A model generated the notes under the pieces. The model ran no database searches. It worked only from the letters and a program-made list of their open reading frames with translations, and was not told the origin of the DNA. The position numbers were made by a program, and so were the translations under genes. This document shows positions 41,254 to 51,479 of a stretch of DNA of 64,000 nt, one piece after another. Numbering within the stretch: the first letter of the stretch is position 1; every line of letters begins with the position of its first letter. This DNA is from Nageia nagi (Eukaryota > Plantae > Pinophyta), in the NCBI GenBank assembly GCA_050084985.1, contig JBITNC010000001.1, positions 136,090,001 to 136,154,000 of the forward strand, in the 5' to 3' direction.

Positions 41254-41625
41254 TCACTGTACATGAGGCTGGTCACCGAATTCGCGTAGAACGCACTCAC
41301 CGGCAAGAACCGAGTTGTCGGGGAGGGGAAAGAGGGGAGTGTCATCCCAGTAGGAAATGTAGTGCTCCGCCTCGACTTTTTTTAGCCCATCACGATTCTC
41401 ACCATAGAAAACCTCGAGGAGAAACCCCCGGCCTCCTGCTCGGCACTGCGAGGGGTTGAGTTTTAAGTGGTAGTCGTGAATGTTTCTCTTCCCTTCGATC
41501 TCTTCGATCGCTTGCCGGAAAAATTGGACGATGAGTTCTTGGGCTGATTTTTCCATGAAATTGAAGAAATCTCCAGCTTCTGCTTTTGGTGTGGGGTGCA
41601 GTTGTAAATGGCAGCCTGGCTTCAC
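41254..41625 (-). CDS. Antisense ORF of unknown function inside element G (123 aa, GTG start; probably a fragment of a longer frame)
   Basis: Protein-like composition (FFNFMEKSAQELIVQFFRQAIEEI...EAEHYISYWDDTPLFP). The frame extends upstream to ~41730 with one TAA at 41650-41652. No recognised family. Confidence 0.35.
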   Translation of the reverse strand: MKPGCHLQLHPTPKAEAGDFFNFMEKSAQELIVQFFRQAIEEIEGKRNIHDYHLKLNPSQCRAGGRGFLLEVFYGENRDGLKKVEAEHYISYWDDTPLFPLPDNSVLAGECVLREFGDQPHVQ

Positions 41626-43499
41626 GTCTGTGGATTCGATGAGGTGGGTTTACTGTGGAGCAGAAACTGGCAGGTTTGCCAGGTAGCTATGGACACTGTC
41701 CTGAAAGGAGGAACTCTCCGTCCACCACTGTCATCTTCATCAACGATGGCGATGTGCTCAACATGACCTGCCAGGCTCCGCCTCCTCCCATGCATCGTCT
41801 CCTCCCGCGTGCTTCGCCTCCGTCTCGCACGTGCACCTGCCTGCTGAACTTCGCCGCTGTCGCTATCTCTACGCTACCCTTGGTGGGCCTTTGGTTTCCC
41901 ACCTTCGTCGTGCTCCTGATCTGCATGGCACCATGTGTCGGTTGCCCTCCCTTCCTTGCTGCGCATCCACCTCACGCGTCTACCTCATCGTTGACTTCCT
42001 ATGGATTTGCATGGTTGCATGCACGTTGTCGACTACAGGTTTGAGTTGCCTTGGTGGTGATCGTCGTTGCCGCCCCGCATCGCCGCTTCATTGCGGCCTT
42101 CTTTCGCCGCACGCTGCCTCCCTCCATGCGTGTTTTGCCTGATCTCCTGCAGCCAAATTTTTAATTGAGCGCCTATAGTTTTTGATTTTTTAATAGTTTG
42201 TTGGGCCTCTTTTAATTAAATCTGGTGGAATTGCATTTAATTGCAATTTTTGAGCAAACGGATTCAGATTGCAGTCCCATTTTTTGCGTTGTAAAGCAGG
42301 AAGTGAGCTCTTTGTTGTAAGCTTTAGCCTGAACTATAAAGGCAATTTTTTCTGGGGGGGATTCTTTGAGCTATTTTTGGATAGAATTATTGAGCTATTT
42401 ACAACTTCATTTTGAGAAGTTCCTAGGAGATACCTCATGAGGTTCGAATCTTATTGCAGTCTTGAATTTTTTGTTCAACATCACTTTGGTTGATGTTTAG
42501 TACTGCATTATTGTTCCTCATGCTCCCATCGACTTTTTGACAGTCGTAGTTAGTGGACTTATTCTCTGTTAAGTTGTGTGGTGATCAACATCTTCCTATT
42601 CCAGTTGGGAGGACTTTTATATGTATTCGTTTCTATTTATGTTGTTTTGGAGCTCATTGTACTTGCACTAAACTATAAAGTGCCATGGGGGGTTTGTTGT
42701 GTTTTGATCACAACCTTGTCTACCTTCATGCATGTGTGCCTTGTTTTGCACACCCTTTCTCTTGGTTGCTCGTACTCTGCAGTTATTCATCGTGTTGCAT
42801 TTTATTGTATCTAGGCATAATGAGTTTTGGTGATCCATCTTCTTCGACAGTGCTCCTGAGTTCGACATCGACTTCTTTCATGGATCCTTGTACCATTCTT
42901 GGTACAATGTTAATGGGTTCTTGGTACCATTTGGTGTGCCTTCTGCATCGTCAACAATCTCTTCAAAGAAAAGTTCGTGCCCTAATTTCAGGTTGAGGGA
43001 CTCTCTTTGTTTATGTTGATCGAGTAGTGACTCTTTGATCCAGCTTTTGTTGGAGGTTCTTTGTTCTTCAGTTGCACATGTTCGTTATCTTTGGTCGCTC
43101 TACAACTTCTTTGTGCTTGATTCATTTTGTTAATGGGTACCTCATCAGGCCTTGTTGCCGAGACCCATATTGTACTAGTTTGCTTATGTCTACTACCTCC
43201 TAGCCTTGCTTAAAGGGGGGTGTTAGAGTTAGTTAAGCTTGCTAGGTTAGGGTATCTAACTTTAGAGTCCCTAAGTTAGTTATCATTTACTATTTACGAT
43301 CATTGAATGTTTACCATTGTTTTGTAAAACCATGTGCACAATACCATGTGCTCAAACCATGGTATTCGTTCTTGTAAATGCCTATTTATAGGCATGTCTC
43401 ATTGTATCAATATAAGTTTTTCCTATTTTTCCTTTCATCAAAGCTATTTTATTTTGTTGGGTACACTTGATAGAAAGAAGAAAGGGTTTTTGAATCAAG

Positions 43500-44590
43500 T
43501 AGGAGGAATGGTAAAATAAGGAAGGTTGAGGATTAAAAAGTTCAATAGAAAATAATTTTAGTTTTGGAAGATGAAAATGGAGGACTACTTATACCAAAAG
43601 GATCTTTTTCTTTCTCTCAAGAATAATACATAGAAACCTTCAACTATGTCAGATGAGGAGTGGAGTCTTCTTGATAGAAAGGCATTGGGTAAGGTGAGGT
43701 TATGCATGGGATAAATGATTACCTTCAACAACTCCAATGAAAATACTACCAAGGATGTCATGGAGAAATTGGCCAAGATGTATAAAAATCCATCAACCTC
43801 AAATAAGATATTTCTCATGAAAAGTTATTTACTATGTAAATGGTTGGAGGAGGATCCATTCTAGGACACATGAATAATTTCAATACTATTACTAATTAAT
43901 TGTATTTTGTGGGTTTAAATTTTGATGATGAAGTAAGGGCCTTTTTTATTTTATTTTTACTACTGAGAAGTTGAAATAATTTGGTGACGGTGCTAAGTAA
44001 CTCTACTTCAAGTTCTAACAGGTTAGTGTTTGATGATGTGATGGGCATCCTACTTAGTGAGAACATGTAAAGAAAATCCATGAGGGAAATATCAAGTTAT
44101 ACTATTGCATTAATTGTTGATAATAAGGGTAGATAGAGGGAGGGAGGAAGACATTAGAATCAAGCAAAATTAGGGAGAAAATCCAAGGGAAAAGGTAATG
44201 TGGGGTTTTGTATTGTGGGAAGAAGGGATACTTGACGAGAGAGTGTAAGTTTAGGTTACAAGATGAGAAAGAAAGCAATGATACTAAAGGTAATAATCAT
44301 GAGGATAATAGTGATGGTGGTATTTTACAAGATTCTTTTATATTATCTCTTGATATGCATAATGATTATTGGGTTATAGATTCAAGTACTTATTTCATAT
44401 AACTTCTCATAAAGGTTATTTTATAGAATATGTTCAAGGAGAATTTGGATAGGTTAAGTTGGGTAATGATTTGCCATGCATGATTGAGGGTATGAAGAAT
44501 ATTATGATTAAATTAACCAATAGAAATTGGTGGGGCCTCAAGGAGGTGAGGCATGTACCAGATTTGAAAAGGAATATGATTTTCTATAGT
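43500..44590 (+). pseudogene. Copia gag-protease pseudogene of element F
   Basis: FWKMKMEDYLYQKDL; EEWSLLDRKALG; LAKMYKNPSTSNKIFLMK; YCGKKGYLTREC knuckle; WVIDSS protease; LKEVRHVPDLKRNMI. Confidence 0.9.
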
Positions 44591-46679
44591 TTTGTTAGAG
44601 ATAATATGGTTGGTGTAAACTATATTTTCTTACTATTACTTTTAATGGTGTTATGGATGTAGTTCATATAGATGGGAATGTAGACATTGAATATCACAAA
44701 TTTGGATACAAGAATGAAGTGGGGTTTAAAATGGAGGTTGAAATTCCTCAAGGTTGGAAAGGATGTTTCTAAAGATAATAAGAATAAGATGTGGATACCA
44801 AAGAGGTATTCAACATCTGAAAAAGGAAATTTCACTAAGGGATGTTGGAAAGAGTGTGAAAAGGTAATTCATTATTTCCTAGTAGTTTCATATGTGTTGT
44901 ATACTAATGGTGGTGAGTTTTTTGTGCAAAAGGAAATGGAAGAAGTGGTAGCTTGGCACATAAAGAAAGAGAGGAATTCCTTGGTGTAAGAGAAATGGTA
45001 TTTGCTAAAGCTACCTATAGCTATAGAAGGTTTTCATAGTATGTGTGTGTGTGTGGATATGAGGGATGAAAGCAAAGGAAAAATAGTTATACAAGGAAAG
45101 GATTAGAATAAAAATGTTTGCACAAGAAGGTGGTATGACCCATGGAGTGGGAGGTGTGAACCACTTGAAGTTCAAGAATAATCCAAGGAAAAGGGATTTG
45201 TTGATAAGAGGTATAAGTTGGTTGAGGTTCATGGAAAATTTGGGTGAAAGATTTTATGAAAGTACAAAGGTTGTTACAAAGGAGGAATCAAGATTTTTTC
45301 TAATTTTGGTTTGTATCAAGGAATAAGAGTTTAAGATGAGAATATCTAGATCTACGGTTATAGGTTCTTATAGGAATTAGTCTCAAAGTGGGAGATTTTT
45401 AGGAATTGAGACTAATAGTTTTAGCTAACTTGCATTTTTCATCTCTTTATTTTACAGTTGGCATGCATAGGGACAATCTATAGGACCAAATGATAGGCAG
45501 GAGGTCACTAAGAGTGAATTAACTAGATGGAGGCTAATTAGGATCAATCATCCAATTAGATATTGATAAATAAGATCATCTAGCTGATTAGTGATGGAAT
45601 TATTATCAACCTAATTGGTCTTATGGTGGCCAATCATGAATCTAGAGATGGAAAAGTCTATTTTGAGGTGAGGAACTCACTCTTGGTGTTACTTTTAGTA
45701 TGAGAATTGAGGTTTCTTGTGATGTTGAACTTTAGAGGCACAAAATTACTCTTCTTTAGACTAAAAATAAAATTGTATTAATCTTAATATATGTATGTAA
45801 GATTCATTAAAATAATGGGAATTGTAATATGATCTAAGGAATTTGGATCTAATAGTTTGCATAGGTGTGAGAAATATGAAGATGAGTTAAATCCTTGTGA
45901 GAGACTATTATATTAAGTATTCCTTGTAAGAACTAAAGATAAAGGAACACTAGTTTGGTTATTGGCTGTATCTCTTAGTGGCTTTGGATTGATTAAATTA
46001 AAGGATCAAATATTTTCTATAGATGTAGCCCACATTGGGGGAACCATATTGCATAATTTTTCTTCTCTTATGTGATCTTATTTTCTTATTTTATTCTAGT
46101 TTTTAAGTTGACTAATTGCTCAACTATATTTTGATATAGTGAACCCTAACATACTATAATACATTAGTGTATATGGGTACAATAGTATATGACTCTCCTT
46201 CCTCAAATTCTTCATATTCATGTATGTCATTGAGGTATCCTATCATGGTTATTAGACCTAAATATTAAATAATGAATAATGAATGTAATAATCTCAATAG
46301 GTCACAAATCCATACTTGATAGGTGGCACCAATCGATACCAAGAAAGATATCTCTATGAAGTATTTCAATGCATCTATCAAGGCTCAAACATACTTAATG
46401 TCACATCCTTCTTCCCTTTAAATAGATGAGAGGTTTGTACATGAGCCAAGGCCTCTACTTGGATTAATGCTCCTTGGACCTATCATTGAAAGGAAATAAA
46501 AAAGAGTAAAATTATACTTTATTTTTTGGATATAATAAAATAAAGAATTAAATCACTTAAATACCTAGATACATAAAATATGATTTTTAATTAAATAAAA
46601 ATTAAATTTAGGTATTAATAGATATAATTTAATATATATCATCATTAGTAGCATTTATTAATAATTCTTATTCAAGGAA

Positions 46680-48164
46680 GCATAAGTTTGTTTTATAGGT
46701 ACTTGAACACATTTTCAACACCATTAGTAGGTTCCTAATTAGTGTTAATATCGAGTACCTAGTAAGTACAATCCTCACATCCTCATGTCTACCACAAAAT
46801 GGTAAGTACATGTATTATTATTTGTAACTTTTAATGCTTTCTATTCAAATTTATTACAAAATACATACCTAATGATAGTTAGGGTAAATGGTACTTATAA
46901 TGGTAACCCTATTGTGATGAATCATTTTAGTACTTTTAGTAGCATAAGATACTCCACAATGGTCATGTTCCTCTATTGGTTAGGATATTAATTATCACCT
47001 ATGAGTTTCCTTTGGTTGGGTTTTAAATTAATCATCACCATCCTCACCCTCATATGATGCACCTTTATGATATTGTTATTCTATGATATTATATTAATTT
47101 CATATTTTCTTCTACTAATGATATACCTTTATAAGATGAATGTATATAGTATTCTTTTGAAGATATCATTTTATATCTATTTTGTAGGTTCTTTGCTTGA
47201 TTTCTTCTACTCTACATTGAAGCTTATCATTGCAAAAATGAAGGCAAAGAGGGGGAAGGATATATAATTCCAAAATGGGCACCTAAAACTTCACCAAAAT
47301 ATAGGGAATATTCTATCTATCATATCCTTTCTTCCTTTGCATATGGATTTAATTTAAAAACTTGTAAAGGAAGGGAATTTTTGACATCTAATTTTGATAT
47401 TTTTATCTCAAATTAGTTATATTTTAATCTAATTGATGATATATACTATTTTAATGATGTATCTTAATATATTATCATATTAGCTTACCTAATATTGTCT
47501 CATGTTATTTTCTCTCTTTTATTATGCAAGAGCTTGGCATTAGTGCTAGATTCTAGGCATGCATTTTGGAGGTTCACTTCCATATAAAAGAGAAAATATT
47601 TACATAGGATTATTATCATATCTTTATCTCAATAGGACCGTATACATATCTTATATGTTCGTCAACACCATCTATTTAGATTGATATCTTTTATATCACA
47701 TGAGCTCTTGTTTACTCTTATTTCACTATTGTATACTAGGTTAGGCTTATCAATATTATACTCTACTACATATATTTATTGTGAGGCTTGATCTATAGGT
47801 TGACTAGCATTGATGTTGAACCTAATGACCTTGTTAGGCTCTATGATCATATTGTATAGAGAATTCACACATAAGGTTCTTCTACTAAGATAATCCTATA
47901 CTAATGCATATAATTAATTATGCAGGAAAGGTAATAGGTATATTCTCTTTTATATATTTTTCAATAGTTCTAGGTCTAATTATCTAATTCAATAGTCAAG
48001 ATATATGATTAATAAGATCTTTATCTTTCATATATTTGGTTATTCCACTCGCTTAGTATTGTACACTACATATTTATATCGATCATAAGTTCATTTATCT
48101 GGTCTCTATTTTCTATTACATATTTAGTATAAACTAACTTGTAGGATTAATTTTAAATATCTAT
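46680..48164 (+). mobile_element. B-family fragment in plus orientation: 3' internal region, PPT and LTR (~47379-48164)
   Basis: CTTTGGTTGGGTTTTAAATTAATCATCAC at ~47010 is the reverse complement of the B motif. AAAGGAAGGGAA PPT is followed by TTTTGACATCTAATTTTG, the reverse complement of the B LTR end CAAAATTAGGTGTCAACA. Confidence 0.65.
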
Positions 48165-50159
48165 AATATCATCAAAATATTTACTACAAACCATCAAGTA
48201 CAATCATATTATCATAAAATATTAACAAAGAATAATCAAAGGACCAAGGAAATAAGATAAATATTAAATTTATTTTCAACTTCATTTACCTAAGAACAAT
48301 TAAAACTGAGATTGATTCAAAATTGAACTAGATCATATTTGACTAAGCTAAAAATTTGGCTAGCAATTTTTGTTCTATGTCACACAATATCACACAATAT
48401 TCTCAACAAAATATTGCTCAATTTATTTTCTTAAAAGATTAATTGATTCTAGCTTATTCAAAAATTAAATTTAAATTTAGTTTAATTTAATTTTTTTGAA
48501 CTATATTTTTCTTCAATTTTCTAATCCAATTTTGAACCATCAAATTGAATAATCAACTAAGCTCAAACTATGCCAAACTGATCTAAACTGTCAAACTGAT
48601 ATGAATTGCTAAACTGATCTGAATTGCCAAACTAGTCTAAATTAATATAAATTTAAGACTTAACTCTCTCAAATTTGAAATAATCATCTCTATTTTCACT
48701 CTAACATCATGTGTCAATGCATGAAATTTTATACAAAAAGTTATCGAAGAAGTTTGCCTCTTACCTTAGGCAATTTTAAATCATCTAAATATTGATTTCT
48801 TTCACTAAGAGTCTAATATTTATGATTGAATATGATTTGACTTAATTTTTTTTACTGAGTTCAAGCCATACCAATATGACCTAAATTGTTATTCCAAACT
48901 AAATCATATAAAATTGAATCTAAACCAACTCACATTTTTGCTTATACTAAACTAAAAATTGATAAGCTTAATTCCCCCAAATCTTTTTTTTTCATATTTC
49001 TAAAAGCTTATAAAATTTCATCTATCATGGATAACAATTACTTATTATAACCACATAACATTAATCTTATGTATTAATTTAGGCTTAATTGATCTTGACA
49101 AAGAATTTACGATAATCATAACCTAGCAATAAAGATTAAACTTGCCCCTATTCTAATCAACAAGCATAGATCTCAAAAGAATCATCCTAACAATTATTCA
49201 TCTCAAAACTATCATCCATTTCAATAGCAATAGTGTCCATAAACGCATCATAGACTTTTTTCCATTTTGAAATTTTATTGATAATTTTAATAAAAAATTT
49301 GTAATTTTGATCTTTTTGTGATTTTCTCCAAAAATAACTTATGTTCTCTCAAAATCTTGATGTGCATGCTTCAAATAAGTATGCATACTTTTCAATTTAC
49401 TTGGAGATTTCAACCTTGAAAGATTGACTTTTGTCACTTTTGCAACTTCCTAGCAATTTTTTGACAATTTCTTACTCAACTTAAGAATAACTCTAAATCC
49501 TTTGAAATCATGAGAAATAGTCATCAAATCATATGGACATAGCTGATATACTCCTTTCCTAAAGATTTCAATTTCTAATTTTCTTTTGACAAGATTGTCC
49601 CACTTTGTTATCTTCTCATTTTTATGAGAAAAGCAGGATCATATTTTTCCTCAATCACACGTGTGTGAAGTGCTTTCCACCCTTTCACTTATGCATGATT
49701 TGAATGCATGATTCTACTTGTTCAAAATTACCAACATATATGAAAATAATACAAATTTAGCTCCTTATCCATTTTGGTACAAAATGTTTATCTTCCTTTA
49801 TCTTTGACATTCACATGATTTGATACAAGCACAAGTTTGCTTATCTCTTTTGTACATATACCAATTGTTCTTTCATTTATTTATCACTAGTCGTAATGAT
49901 GCAAAAATGACTTAATCTATTTTTCTTTGTTCTTTCACTTTTGCAAGTAAAGTGACCAATATAAACATGCTCTTCCTTAATCTTACGCATCCAACCACTA
50001 TCTTGGCCACCTTATCTCCCTCTTTACATATTTTCATACCTAGACTATTCTACATGATTTTATACCAGCATATATTTGCTCATCCTAAATCATATGGATG
50101 CAAACTACCTTGTGCATCCTTGAAGATGCAAAAACTAACTTCAACCAAATTTCTTCCTC

Positions 50160-50750
50160 CAAAATCTCAAAAATCCCAACAAAATAAACACATGTAAACA
50201 CACCCAAAAAATGATCTTTTGATGCCCTTAATGCTCTTGCATCATTATGTCTAGCTTCAACTGTGTTAGATGGATATTAAGAAAAATTCAATAATTAGGG
50301 TATCATTATAAGCAATTAACATACCAAGGATGAAATGTTAATATTGAATATTATGTTTATTCTCTCTTAGCATATGATAGAAACCTTCATTAGGAAGGAT
50401 TTGTAAATAACAAGCAAATATGAAATGCAAAGCATAACATGTAAGTAAAATTTATGAATTTTCAAAATCTAAAAATTCCCAATAAAACAAACCCACACAA
50501 ACACACGAAAAATAAATTCTTCTAGCCCTCTTAATGCTCTTGCATCATTATGTGCAACTTCAACCATGTTACATGGACATTAAGGAAAAGACAATCATTA
50601 GGGTATCCTATAAGAAATCAAGAGATAAATGATAAGATTTTAATATTGATCAAGATATATATTTTCTCTCAATGTATAGTAGAAACCTTCAACTAAATAG
50701 GATTTATAAATAATAAGCAATCATAAGTAAAAAGGTAAAAGGTAAATTAT
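50160..50750. repeat. Diverged tandem duplication, ~303-bp period
   Basis: CTTAATGCTCTTGCATCATTATGT at ~50227 and ~50530, with colinear flanks (TTAGGGTATC, TAGAAACCTTCA). Confidence 0.88.
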
Positions 50751-51038
50751 ATTAAAGTACACCTGTAGTAGGCCATTACATAGTATGTATGTAATGGCTT
50801 GATAATCGGGACATAGATCGCATCAAGATCAACATATGACCAACTCAACCAACAACCAAATTTTATATCGTATTAAGTTATTATAATAATAAATTAAATG
50901 ATAATTCATAATATTTTTGATCGATTAAAAGATAAAATTCTTCAACCAAATTTATTGTAATAATATAAATTCATTTATAAATCAACCTAAAACTACTAAA
51001 AAATATTATAATTTTTTAATATCTTTTAAAAATTTAAA

Positions 51039-51044
<6 letters not shown>

Positions 51045-51086
<42 letters not shown>
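51045..51086. repeat. (TA)n microsatellite, ~21 units
   Basis: Perfect TA run. Confidence 0.97.
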
Positions 51087-51090
<4 letters not shown>

Positions 51091-51479
51091 CACATAACAA
51101 TTAATATTAAAATTCTCTTTTTTATTTTTTATATATATATCTATAAATGAATTTCTAATGAATGTTTAAATACTCTAATCATTTAATTGATCCATCAAAT
51201 TACATGTACGCTTTATAAATATTTAAATACTTTAATAATTTAATTGATGAATTAAATTATTTAAAGTATTTAAACACTCATTAAAAATTCAAATCTCATC
51301 CGTACTTTTTTAAATAGTGATATTGAGGATTTGTCTAAACTACCACGTCCGTGATATTGATACTTGATGATGGAATTATAAATTATATTAAAATATAATA
51401 ATGAATGTGATAATCAACAAAAACTTTGATAGAATTCTTTAAAGTATACATATATTTCTTATTTAAATGGAAATATAAG

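Larger units (their letters stand above)
40880..43437 (+). mobile_element. Young non-autonomous LTR retrotransposon G (TRIM/SMART-like, copia-type ends), 2558 bp; LTRs 40880-41096 and 43221-43437
   Basis: Perfect TSD TCAAA (40875-40879, 43438-43442). TG..CA termini; 217-bp LTRs with 3 mismatches by my count. PBS TGGTATCAGAGC at 41097-41108; PPT AAAGGGGGG at 43212-43220. No gag or pol motifs. Confidence 0.96.
40106..46151 (+). mobile_element. Ty1/copia element F (Tork/Tnt1-like gag), internally deleted; LTRs 40106-40867 and ~45398-46151
   Basis: LTR pair T[G/T]TAGGAATTGA...CCTAACA. PBS TGGTATCAAA|GC split by insertion. PPT AAAGTGGGAGA at ~45385. No matching TSD found. Confidence 0.82.
38890..46620 (-). 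mobile_element. Degenerate D-related gypsy fragment (internal ~38890-39833; LTR ~39834-40105 plus ~46152-46620), interrupted by copia F
   Basis: CCATAGGGCTTTTGGTAC...TTTACCAAATTGTTGATAAT resembles the D leader/PBS/LTR junction (16852-16930). 46300-46620 resembles the D LTR and ends TTAGGTATTAATA. Confidence 0.5.

Noticed and set aside
41480-42996. Multiple overlapping plus-strand ORFs in element G
   Set aside because: Expected by chance in GC-rich DNA; low-complexity products, no gag or pol motifs.
40880-43437. Cassandra or retrozyme identity for G
   Set aside because: No 5S rRNA A/C boxes and no hammerhead core seen in the LTRs.
497-50197. Numerous 60-90-aa hydrophobic ORFs in the ORF track
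   Set aside because: F/I/L/Y-rich products of AT-rich decayed TE sequence; not credible genes.
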